Shown here piece by piece: positions 1-7,690 of a stretch of DNA of 32,000 bases. The stretch lies in the NCBI RefSeq assembly GCF_049243625.1, contig NZ_CP046975.1; one strand, written 5' to 3'. The position numbers were made by a program, and so were the translations under genes. Every line of letters starts with the position of its first letter. The stretch's first letter is position 1. A model generated the notes under the pieces. That model was not told the DNA's origin, did not search any database, and saw only the letters and a program-made list of their open reading frames with translations. The stretch is from Corynebacterium amycolatum. Lineage in GTDB: Bacteria; Actinomycetota; Actinomycetes; Mycobacteriales; Mycobacteriaceae.

Positions 1-1
1 C

Positions 2-550
2 GGGAACCGCCGATTAACCCCCGCTGTGTCTTTTATGGTGCGATTTGCCCCTGGTCAGGAAAACCAGCTACGCAGCCTGTGGGAGCATCTGATGGCGGGT
101 GATGAAACCATCAGCGGTGGTGCTGCACTCATGCCCCTGACCAGCTACGATTTCTCGCCGCTCTTTGGCTGGTTGGTCGACGGCAATGGGGTCAACTGGC
201 AACTGATGATTAATTCCTTAACCAGCGGGGCTGCAAGCACGGACTCTGCCGCAAAGACAGCGAATCCCGCCGTTATTCCCTACTTCATGTGGACAGGCGA
301 CGAACCACAGGCTGCCGCCGCCACCGAGGTATACAACCAACTTTTCGGGTCAGAGAATTTCATGACGCTCGACTCGCCGGGCATGCACAATTTCACCTTC
401 GGCGACGGTGTGGCGATGCGTCTCTCCAGCGATTCTGCCGAAGAGGTCGAAAGCGCCTGCCAAGCGCTTGGCCTTACAGGCGCTGAGGTTGCCGAGGGCA
501 CGGAAGCCGTCGTCAAGCCTGACCGATTCGGCGTGTACTGGACGCTCTAG
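2..550 (+). CDS. VOC / PhnB-like (3-demethylubiquinone-9 3-methyltransferase-domain) family protein with two tandem domains; 5' end probably lies left of the window
   Basis: The frame is open from base 2, with no stop upstream of the GTG at 26. FSPLFGWLVDGNGVNWQLM looks like the C-terminal end of a PhnB-type VOC domain. A second copy follows (IPYFMWTGDEPQAAAATEVY...DRFGVYWTL). Family assigned from remembered motif shape only. Confidence 0.55.
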   Translation, partial: GNRRLTPAVSFMVRFAPGQENQLRSLWEHLMAGDETISGGAALMPLTSYDFSPLFGWLVDGNGVNWQLMINSLTSGAASTDSAAKTANPAVIPYFMWTGDEPQAAAATEVYNQLFGSENFMTLDSPGMHNFTFGDGVAMRLSSDSAEEVESACQALGLTGAEVAEGTEAVVKPDRFGVYWTL

Positions 551-552
551 CG

Positions 553-2532
553 TTACTTACGGGTCAACGCGATTGTCGCGCCGATGACCAAGACTAGAAG
601 CACTGTCCCCATAGAGAACCACATCATCTTCGAGGAGCCGTCATCCTCGTTTTCTTCGGTGGTCTTCGGATTCTGCTGGCTACTAGTCGGGGTTTCGCTA
701 CTTGGCGACTTGTGCGCGACCTGTTCAAAAGCTGGGCCCGGGATCTTCTCGCCGACCAACTCCGTGGTCAGCTGGTAAGTCACCGGGACGTTTTGAACAT
801 CCGCGACATCGTGGGATTTACCGGCGCCCCAACTGTTGTTGAAGAAGACAACGATGTACTGGTCACCATCCAGCCACGCTCTTTCAGCCTCGTAATCGCC
901 CGACTTTTCGCCATCTTCGCCGATCCGATTGCGGTAGTTAATCCGGGCCGAGTTACCAAATGTTGTCTCTTCGCCAATCTGGTGTTCATTTACCGGACGG
1001 CTTTCCTCGCTACCGGCGAGCTGGCGTGCCGAATTCAGCGTCTTGATATCCAGGCCGGAGATTTGTGCAAGCTTGTCCGCTTCTGGGGCGTCAATGAGTT
1101 TGACGGCGCCGCGGAGCTGCTGCCCATACTCGGACTTGATCTTGTACACGTGCGTCTCACCAGGAACAATGTCGGCCGTGACGCTGCTGATGTTGTCGGC
1201 AGTAAGTTCCGTGGCGTCATCGAACCACGAACCTGGGGTGACCTTCTTAGCCTGATCTGCTTCCGGCGTCGCGGGCGGAGGGTTCAAGCTCTCCTTGTCG
1301 GACGGGAACGCCTCCGGCACATCAGTCAGGTTTTCGTTGGCGAAACGCTTGATGATCACTTCTGCAGGAATGTCCTGACCTTCGAAGGGGCCTCCTTTTC
1401 GGGCCACGGAGAACACCATATTGCCCGACTTACAGTCCCCCTCCGCTCCTCCGGGCTGCTTGGTTGTTATCGATGCGAAAAAGGGGCCATTGGAGTCGAT
1501 GATGCCATTGCCGAAATCATTGGCAAGGAAGCAACTGCTGTCGTCCAAATGCATAGTGAGCGCGAAGTTGCGGATATCTAGGTCCATCAAAGTCGCGCCT
1601 GACGACGCTCCCGGCAACGTGGCCGCACTAATTGCAAGCCGCTCTCCCTCAGCGACCGGGACGGAGAAGTACTCAGCACCGTCGCCTTCCTGATTACTGA
1701 TGCTGCGCTCGGACTCAGGAGTCTTTTCCCGCAGCTTGGTCGAGAACGTTTCCACGTCGGCAGGCACCTGGGTAGCGCTCGTAGGAGCGTCGCCGCCCTG
1801 TATCTCTTGCGCGCTGGACTGCGCGGTGCGTGCGGTGCGGGTCGCCAGCGTCTTCATGGACTCAGCCAGCGAATCGGAGTCCTGGGCGTCTAGGTACTCG
1901 CCGCCTGTGGCCTCAGCAATGCACTCAAGTTCAGCACGTGCGCCCGCATCAACGAGGAAACCAACTGTGTTGATGACCAGATCAATGCCCTGCTGCTTGA
2001 GTTCTTTGGCTACCTCGCACACCGGTGGCGGAGCACAGGTGTCCTCACCATCGGAGACCAACACAATCGAACGTTGCCCTTCTTTCGGCAACTCATCGGC
2101 AGCCTGACGCAGCGCAGGCCCCATCGGGGTGTGGCCGGAGGCTTGGATCTTTCCTACTTCAGCAGGAATCTTCGCCGAGTTGCCAGCCTGCACGGGCAGC
2201 AGCGTGGTGATGTCCTGACAGCCAGCTTCCCGCTCCTCCGGCGAATTGCCGACTTCCGTGCCGTAGACCATGAACCCAATTTCGGAGTCCTCTGACACAG
2301 ATCCCGCGAACTTACTCGTCGCGTCCTTCGCTGCCTCCATTCGGGTTTGGCCACCCGCATCGTCGGCAAGCATTGACCCTGAAGCATCCAGGATCACCAT
2401 GGTTGGCGAGATAGTACTCGCAGTCTCTTGCGCCTGTGCACGCCCTGCTGTGATTCCCGCAAAAGAGCCTACGAGCACCAGCAACATGGAAATGGTGAGC
2501 ACGACCGCCGAGAGTTGTCTTGTTCTGATCAT
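553..2532 (-). CDS. von Willebrand factor A (VWA) domain protein, secreted with a C-terminal membrane anchor
   Basis: 659-aa ORF. The N-terminal segment is signal-like (LSAVVLTISMLLVLVGSFAGITAGRAQA). It has a MIDAS-type DxSxS motif (VILDASGSM) and VLVSDGEDTC. About 400 aa in the middle are uncharacterised. The C-terminus is a hydrophobic anchor (MMWFSMGTVLLVLVIGATIALTRK). AAGGAA lies about 9 nt upstream of the ATG. Confidence 0.8.
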   Translation of the reverse strand: MIRTRQLSAVVLTISMLLVLVGSFAGITAGRAQAQETASTISPTMVILDASGSMLADDAGGQTRMEAAKDATSKFAGSVSEDSEIGFMVYGTEVGNSPEEREAGCQDITTLLPVQAGNSAKIPAEVGKIQASGHTPMGPALRQAADELPKEGQRSIVLVSDGEDTCAPPPVCEVAKELKQQGIDLVINTVGFLVDAGARAELECIAEATGGEYLDAQDSDSLAESMKTLATRTARTAQSSAQEIQGGDAPTSATQVPADVETFSTKLREKTPESERSISNQEGDGAEYFSVPVAEGERLAISAATLPGASSGATLMDLDIRNFALTMHLDDSSCFLANDFGNGIIDSNGPFFASITTKQPGGAEGDCKSGNMVFSVARKGGPFEGQDIPAEVIIKRFANENLTDVPEAFPSDKESLNPPPATPEADQAKKVTPGSWFDDATELTADNISSVTADIVPGETHVYKIKSEYGQQLRGAVKLIDAPEADKLAQISGLDIKTLNSARQLAGSEESRPVNEHQIGEETTFGNSARINYRNRIGEDGEKSGDYEAERAWLDGDQYIVVFFNNSWGAGKSHDVADVQNVPVTYQLTTELVGEKIPGPAFEQVAHKSPSSETPTSSQQNPKTTEENEDDGSSKMMWFSMGTVLLVLVIGATIALTRK

Positions 2533-2691
2533 GTGGTCGGTTCCTTTTCTTCCAGCGTGAAAAGAACGTTACCCGACAAAAGCATCCGCGCAATGGAAAC
2601 TTATTAGAAGTGCGGTGGCTTTCTAGGGCTCACACAGGCGCTCCACTAGTGGCGCGAACCCCGAGCTAGCGCACACGTTCTTCCAGCACCT

Positions 2692-2989
2692 CTGGGTTAA
2701 TAGACAAAAGGTGTGTCTGATTCTCAAGATAATGACTGGGCAGACACCAAAAATTACGGACTCCACACGTGAATACGGGCTGCAAATGTAAAACTGTGCG
2801 AGTTTATGACACTTTCAGACCATTTTTCGGGCCATTTCTGACATAAACGCAGTCAGTAACTCAGATCCCCCGCCGTCGCTGACATAAACGCAGTCAGTAA
2901 CTCGCATTGAGGTAAGTATCGAAGGCCCCCCACCCGCCGACGCGCCGGTCGACACGCCGAGCGGGCACACTTTTCGCCTATTAACCAGC
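2692..2989. repeat. MITE-like intergenic repeat element, copy A, with terminal inverted repeats and an internal 41-bp-period duplication
   Basis: Left end GGTTAATAGACAAAAGGTGTGTC (2695-2717). The right end, reverse-complemented, reads GGTTAATAGGCGAAAAGTGTGCC (ends about 2986). A 25-nt unit CTGACATAAACGCAGTCAGTAACTC occurs at 2838-2862 and again at 2879-2903. The segment 2775-2986 recurs inverted at 19371-19552. It contains no ORF. Confidence 0.6.
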
Positions 2990-2994
2990 TCCCC

Positions 2995-3933
2995 TTAGCG
3001 GGACTTCAACCACGCCAAAATGTCGGCGTAGACCTCTTCCTTATTCAACTCGTTGAGAATCTCATGGCGACCATCCGGGTAGACCTTAAAGCGCACGTCC
3101 TTCTTCCCCGCGTTCAGGTATTTGCCCACGACCTCAGTCACACAGGCAGCGCCACCCGCCGGATCAACGGCACCGGAAACCACGAAAAGTGGCAGATCAT
3201 CAGGCGCTTTCTCATAGGCTTCAGACGAATTCGCGTAGTGCGTGCCGACGAGAAGGTCACGGAAAAAGGCATTGGTGGGAACGAAACCACACTTGTCGTC
3301 CGCAATATAAGCATCGACAATCTTGTGGTCGCGGGTGAGCCAATCAAACTTAGTGCGGCGCTCAAAGCCCTTGTTGTAATCAGCAAAGGTGAGGGTGTTG
3401 AGCAGCTTGCCCGGCGCGGTAGGACGAATCTTAGCCAGCAGGTTTGCAACCTTCATTCCCGCATCGCCCTTAGCTCCTGGCCACGACACGGTGCCCATGA
3501 TAATGACGCCGGTAAGCCCCTCGCCGTACTTGGCGATGTAGTTACGAGTCAGAAGTGACCCCATAGAGTGGCCGAGAATATAGTGCTTGCTGCCTGGGAA
3601 TTCTGCATCAACGTACTGGCGCACTGCGTGGAGGTCTTCGAGAATTAGATTCCAGCCACCATAGTCAGCGAAGTAGCCCGGGATGCCAGCATCCGTCTTG
3701 GTCATACCGTGGCCGCGATGGTCGTGCGCGACGACGGCATAGCCCTGGGATACGAGGTATTCGGCGAATTTAGCGTAGCGGTTGGCGTACTCGACCATGC
3801 CGTGGACAATCTGCACCACTCCCTTAGGAGTAATGGGCGCGCCCTTGTCATTTTCTGGGACCCAGCGCAGCACATTCAATGTGGCACCCGGGCGAGAAAG
3901 CGAAGTCCTAACAGCCGATGTCACGTCGGGCAC
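2995..3933 (-). CDS. alpha/beta hydrolase, lysophospholipase / monoacylglycerol-lipase-like
   Basis: 312-aa ORF with the nucleophile elbow GHSMGS, an HG oxyanion region (VQIVHGMVEYANRY) and a C-terminal DGRHEILNE carrying the catalytic His. Confidence 0.85.
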   Translation of the reverse strand: MPDVTSAVRTSLSRPGATLNVLRWVPENDKGAPITPKGVVQIVHGMVEYANRYAKFAEYLVSQGYAVVAHDHRGHGMTKTDAGIPGYFADYGGWNLILEDLHAVRQYVDAEFPGSKHYILGHSMGSLLTRNYIAKYGEGLTGVIIMGTVSWPGAKGDAGMKVANLLAKIRPTAPGKLLNTLTFADYNKGFERRTKFDWLTRDHKIVDAYIADDKCGFVPTNAFFRDLLVGTHYANSSEAYEKAPDDLPLFVVSGAVDPAGGAACVTEVVGKYLNAGKKDVRFKVYPDGRHEILNELNKEEVYADILAWLKSR

Positions 3934-4016
3934 CTTTCGCGTAGAGGTTTCGATACTTATCGCTCATCGTACCGAGGAACTTGGCTGCTCACTGGTGGTT
4001 TCGCCAACAAACGAAG

Positions 4017-4048
4017 AAAAACTCTGCCATCAACGTGACAGAGTTTTT
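4017..4048 (-). terminator. putative intrinsic terminator downstream of purB
   Basis: Inverted repeat AAAAACTCTG (4017-4026) / CAGAGTTTTT (4039-4048) with a 12-nt loop. On the minus strand the hairpin is followed by a U-rich tail (UUUUUCUUCGUUUGUU). The GC core is only 5 bp. Confidence 0.45.
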
Positions 4049-4060
4049 CAAAGGTACTTA

Positions 4061-4110
4061 CGTTTGCGCGTTTCGCGTTTCACGTTTCACGTTTCGCGAT
4101 TCGCGCGTGA
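4061..4110. repeat. tandem heptamer array, CGTTTC[G/A], about 6-7 units
   Basis: Reads CGTTTGCG CGTTTCG CGTTTCA CGTTTCA CGTTTCG CGATTCG CGCGTGA. It lies between the purB stop (4122) and the hairpin at 4017-4048. Confidence 0.75.
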
Positions 4111-4121
4111 CGCACGTGAAG

Positions 4122-5552
4122 CTACAGAATCTCGCCCGGCTTGTAAGCCGCGGCCTCTGGGTACTTGTCCACGACGGTCTGCACACGCGCAACTACGCGG
4201 TCAACCTGAGATTCTGCGGCACCGATGAACGCGTGGCGGTCTGCCAGAGCGTCGGCAAGCCCTGCGGCATCCAGCGGGAAGCGCTCATCTGCAGCGAGAC
4301 GTTCGGTGAGATTCTGCTCGGCGCCCTTTTCGCGCATATCCAATGCGGTGGCGACGGCGTGCTCCTTGATAATCTCGTGAGCTTCCTCGCGGCCCATACC
4401 AGCGCGGACAGCTGCCATGAGGATCTTGGTGGAGGCGAGGAACGGTAGGTAGCGCTCCAGCTCACGGTCAATCATGGCCGGGAATGCACCGAACTCGGAC
4501 AGGACGGTGAGGAAGGTTTCAAACATGCCGTCCATGGCGAAGAAGGCATCCGGCAGCGCAACGCGGCGGACCACGGAGCAGGAAACGTCGCCTTCGTTCC
4601 ACTGAGTACCGGCGTATTCGGAGAGCATGGTCATGTAGCCACGCAGAATGACCTGGAAACCGTGGACGCGCTCACAGGAGCGGGCATTCATCTTATGCGG
4701 CATGGCGGATGAGCCGACCTGGCCTTCCTTGAAGCCCTCGGTGACGGTCTCATTGCCGGCCATCAGGCGGATGGTGGTGGCCAGCGATGCCGGCCCTGCA
4801 CCGAGCTCGACCAGCGCGGACAGAGCGTCGAAGTCGAGGGTGCGCGGGTAAACCTGTCCGACGGAGTCAAAGACGCGGTCGAAGCCGAGGCCTGCAGCGA
4901 TTTCGTTTTCCAGGGAGGCCAGTGCGGACTCGTCACCGTCAAGCAGATCCAGCATGTCCTGGGCGGTGCCCATCGGGCCCTTGATGCCGCGCAGCGGGTA
5001 GCGGGAGATCAGGTCTTCTACGCGCTCGATACCCAGCAGCATCTCGTCCGCAGCGGAGGCGAAGCGCTTGCCCAGAGTAGTTGCCTGCGCGGCGACGTTG
5101 TGGGAACGACCCGCCATGACCAGCGACTGGTACTCCGCGGCCTTCTCGGCGGTGCGAGCAGCAACAGCGACAGCCTTGTCACGCACAACCTTCAACGACT
5201 CCAGTACCTGCAGCTGCTCGACGTTTTCAGTCAGGTCACGCGAGGTCATTCCCTTGTGAATGTGCTCGGTGCCAGCCAGTTCACAGAACTCTTCAATGCG
5301 GGCCTTCACATCGTGGCGAGTAATACGCTCACGGGCGGCAATGGAGTCGAGGTCAACCTGGTCGATAACCTTCTCATACGCCTCGATAGTGCCCTCCGGA
5401 ACCTCAATTCCGCGGGCGACCTGGGCCTTCAAAACTGCAATCCAGAGCTTGCGCTCGAGGATGATCTTGTACTCAGGGCTCCACAACTCCGCCAGAGTCG
5501 CAGAGGCGTATCGGTTAGCAAGGACGTTTGCAATCTTCTTTTTCTCAGCCAC
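4122..5552 (-). CDS. purB: adenylosuccinate lyase
   Basis: Carries the fumarate-lyase family signature GSSAMPHKMNARSCERV. The N-terminus VAEKKKIANVLANRYAS matches the usual actinobacterial PurB start. I place the start at GTG 5552, giving 476 aa. The ORF-track ATG at 5609 would overlap the upstream MarR gene by 23 nt. Confidence 0.9.
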   Translation of the reverse strand: MAEKKKIANVLANRYASATLAELWSPEYKIILERKLWIAVLKAQVARGIEVPEGTIEAYEKVIDQVDLDSIAARERITRHDVKARIEEFCELAGTEHIHKGMTSRDLTENVEQLQVLESLKVVRDKAVAVAARTAEKAAEYQSLVMAGRSHNVAAQATTLGKRFASAADEMLLGIERVEDLISRYPLRGIKGPMGTAQDMLDLLDGDESALASLENEIAAGLGFDRVFDSVGQVYPRTLDFDALSALVELGAGPASLATTIRLMAGNETVTEGFKEGQVGSSAMPHKMNARSCERVHGFQVILRGYMTMLSEYAGTQWNEGDVSCSVVRRVALPDAFFAMDGMFETFLTVLSEFGAFPAMIDRELERYLPFLASTKILMAAVRAGMGREEAHEIIKEHAVATALDMREKGAEQNLTERLAADERFPLDAAGLADALADRHAFIGAAESQVDRVVARVQTVVDKYPEAAAYKPGEIL

Positions 5553-5586
5553 GCCCTCAAGTATTCCATGACCCCGGCATCCGCGG

Positions 5587-6048
5587 TTATCTAGGCCATG
5601 GATGACCACGCATTTCTTCCACGCCTTCGTTGAATTTGCGCATCAATCGCACGAACTCCACGAGCTCCGAGTCCTCCCAATCGTGCGTAATGTCATCGAC
5701 GGTTTTCTTACGCGCCTCGATTTCCCGGTGCAGCAGCTCTAGCCCCTTGTCGGTCGCGCTATGCACCTTCGCGCTTGACGACGGCGCGGGTCTCTTCGCG
5801 ATATACCCCTGCCGCATGGCGGCGGCCAGCTGGCGGTGCACCGTAGAAATGTCCAGCCCCAGCGCATCGGAAAGCTCGGCGACTGTCATATCCGGCTGCG
5901 CTTCCAGTCGTGCCAGTAGTGCTGCGGCGGAGCGATCCAACAGGATGTCCTTGCGATGTGGTCGGTAGCCACTGGAGCTAACCCGGGATAGCAGCATGTT
6001 CTCGTAAACGAGCGCGGCTAGGTCGTCGTTTCGCACGATGGCAGTCAA
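5587..6048 (-). CDS. MarR family transcriptional regulator
   Basis: 153-aa ORF with a winged-HTH segment (MTVAELSDALGLDISTVHRQLAAAMRQGYI), divergent from an MFS transporter. The start codon at 6048 is TTG with GAGGA directly adjacent. GTG at 6036 is an alternative. Confidence 0.8.
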   Translation of the reverse strand: MTAIVRNDDLAALVYENMLLSRVSSSGYRPHRKDILLDRSAAALLARLEAQPDMTVAELSDALGLDISTVHRQLAAAMRQGYIAKRPAPSSSAKVHSATDKGLELLHREIEARKKTVDDITHDWEDSELVEFVRLMRKFNEGVEEMRGHPWPR

Positions 6049-6156
6049 TCCTCTTGTCGCCTATATGTCGGTCCTTTAATGGGCCTGTGAGATGTATCTG
6101 TTTGCTGAACAGCTCCTATTCTAGCGCGCCGCGGATGGGGTTAAGACCGAAAAAGC

Positions 6157-6188
6157 GCGTTTGCATCATACAAACCAATTGTTATAAT
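6157..6188 (+). promoter_or_regulatory. candidate sigma-A type promoter for the MFS transporter gene
   Basis: Extended -10 TGTTATAAT, with the TATAAT hexamer at 6183-6188. TTGCAT (6157-6162) lies 16 nt upstream. It sits in the AT-rich MarR/MFS divergent region. Confidence 0.4.
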
Positions 6189-6295
6189 TCGACCCCTAAC
6201 TGCATTTTTGCACGATACAAATGCCGGGAAGCAGTTTTGCCACAGCACTAATTCCACGATCGTTTTCAAACGGGAAAAGAGACCGTATTTTCAGC

Positions 6296-7582
6296 ATGAC
6301 AACGCATACGACCACGCAGAACAGGCGCAGACAGAACGAGCAGGACGAGCAGCACGGGCAAGACAAGCTCTTCTCCCCCGCGTTCATCATCAGCTGGCTG
6401 ATTAACTTCAGCATGTACCTGGTGTTCTACCTTTCAATCACAGTCATGGCGCTCTACGCCGTCCAGCGCTTCTCCGCCTCAGATGCCGCCGGTGGCTTCG
6501 CTGCCAGTTCTTTCGTGGTCGGCGCCACCATCGCGCGTCTCTTTTCCGGCTACTTGGTGGACACCTTCGGTGGTCGCAGAATCATGCTTGGCTCGCTCGC
6601 TGTCATCGTGGCAGCCTGTGCCGCCTACATTTGGGCCGCATCCCTGCCGGTCCTGATTGCAATCCGCATCATCCACGGCCTGACCTACGCATTAGCTTCC
6701 ACCGCCGTGATGGCCGCCGCCCAGACCGCTATTCCGGCTTCGCGCCGCGCAGAGGGAACTGGCTACATCTCGCTCGGCACCACCCTGGCCACCGCGATTG
6801 GCCCAGCTCTCGGCCTAGCCCTTATTGGCTCGGTCGGCTACAGCGTCCTCTTTGCCACAGCCCTCGGCCTGTCCATTGTCGGACTGGTGCTGGCACTCGT
6901 TCTGCCACAACACAACGGGCCCGCCACTGCGGAAACCAAGGCCGAGGCCACCGAGGATTCGTCGGCAAGCGAGACGAAGCGCACATTTTCCTTCGATGAC
7001 ATCATGACGCCGAGAGTGGTGCCGATTGGCCTGTTCATGCTGCTCATCGGCCTGGCGTATGCGGGCGTGATTACGTTTTTGAACCGATACTCGCAGCTGG
7101 GCGGCCTGACTAGGGGCGCCAGCTTCTTCTTCATCGCCTATGCGGTGGCGATGATGGCAGCACGCTTCTCGCTGGGACGCCTACAGGATCGCCGCGGCGA
7201 CAACCCGGTAATTGCCATCGGCCTGGTGTGCTTCACCATCTCACTGCTTGTTCTGGCTTTCGCAACCGCTGACTGGCACGTCATCGCCGCTGGCGCGCTC
7301 TGCGGCCTGGGCTACGGCACGCTGATGCCGGCGTGCCAGACCATCTCCGTGCACCTGGCGCCGGCGCACAAGTTGGGCACGGGTATCTCGACGCTGCTCT
7401 TACTTGTCGACGCAGGCATCGGCCTCGGCCCAATCGTGTTGGGCTCGGTAGCTGCCACGATTGGCTTCGACAAGATGTACGCAGGCCTGGCGGCTGTGGT
7501 GGTTCTCGCGGCCGTTTTCTACTGGTTCGTACATGGCCGCAAGCCTGTTGCGCAGCGCCATCACGTAAATATTCAGAACTAA
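6296..7582 (+). CDS. MFS transporter (drug/metabolite exporter type)
   Basis: Multiple hydrophobic spans. MFS motif-A-like GYLVDTFGGRR is present. A charged central loop (ATAETKAEATEDSSASETK) separates the two halves. I prefer ATG 6296 (MTTHTTTQ...) over the ORF-track maximum at 6221. Confidence 0.8.
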   Translation: MTTHTTTQNRRRQNEQDEQHGQDKLFSPAFIISWLINFSMYLVFYLSITVMALYAVQRFSASDAAGGFAASSFVVGATIARLFSGYLVDTFGGRRIMLGSLAVIVAACAAYIWAASLPVLIAIRIIHGLTYALASTAVMAAAQTAIPASRRAEGTGYISLGTTLATAIGPALGLALIGSVGYSVLFATALGLSIVGLVLALVLPQHNGPATAETKAEATEDSSASETKRTFSFDDIMTPRVVPIGLFMLLIGLAYAGVITFLNRYSQLGGLTRGASFFFIAYAVAMMAARFSLGRLQDRRGDNPVIAIGLVCFTISLLVLAFATADWHVIAAGALCGLGYGTLMPACQTISVHLAPAHKLGTGISTLLLLVDAGIGLGPIVLGSVAATIGFDKMYAGLAAVVVLAAVFYWFVHGRKPVAQRHHVNIQN

Positions 7583-7584
7583 CT

Positions 7585-7619
7585 GGTGTGCAGTCACTAT
7601 TAATTGGCGTGCAGTCACT
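7585..7619 (+). promoter_or_regulatory. 14-bp direct repeat pair upstream of gluA (candidate regulator binding site)
   Basis: GGTGTGCAGTCACT (7585-7598) and GGCGTGCAGTCACT (7606-7619), 13/14 identical. The centre-to-centre distance is 21 bp, two helical turns. The pair lies 70-100 bp upstream of the gluA start candidates. Confidence 0.35.
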
Positions 7620-7690
7620 TTTCACAGGTGAATATCGGACAAGGAACACCGGTAACTGTTATGTGTGGTGCATCACCTATACTTTCCCCC

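Noticed and set aside
2643-2652. 10-bp palindromes such as CCACTAGTGG (2643-2652), CATGCGCATG (30897-30906) and ATTTAAAT at the purD stop
   Set aside because: By a simple 4^-5 estimate, perfect 10-bp palindromes are expected roughly 30 times by chance in 32 kb. They are not informative alone.
2838-2903. Possible CRISPR-like repeats (25-nt unit x2 here; 22-nt x2 at 30968-31011)
   Set aside because: Only two units each. The spacing is 16 bp or zero, with no array of uniform spacers and no cas genes in the window.
5553-5609. Longer purB start at ATG 5609
   Set aside because: It would overlap the MarR gene end by 23 nt and add 19 non-conserved residues ahead of the conserved AEKKKIANVL N-terminus.
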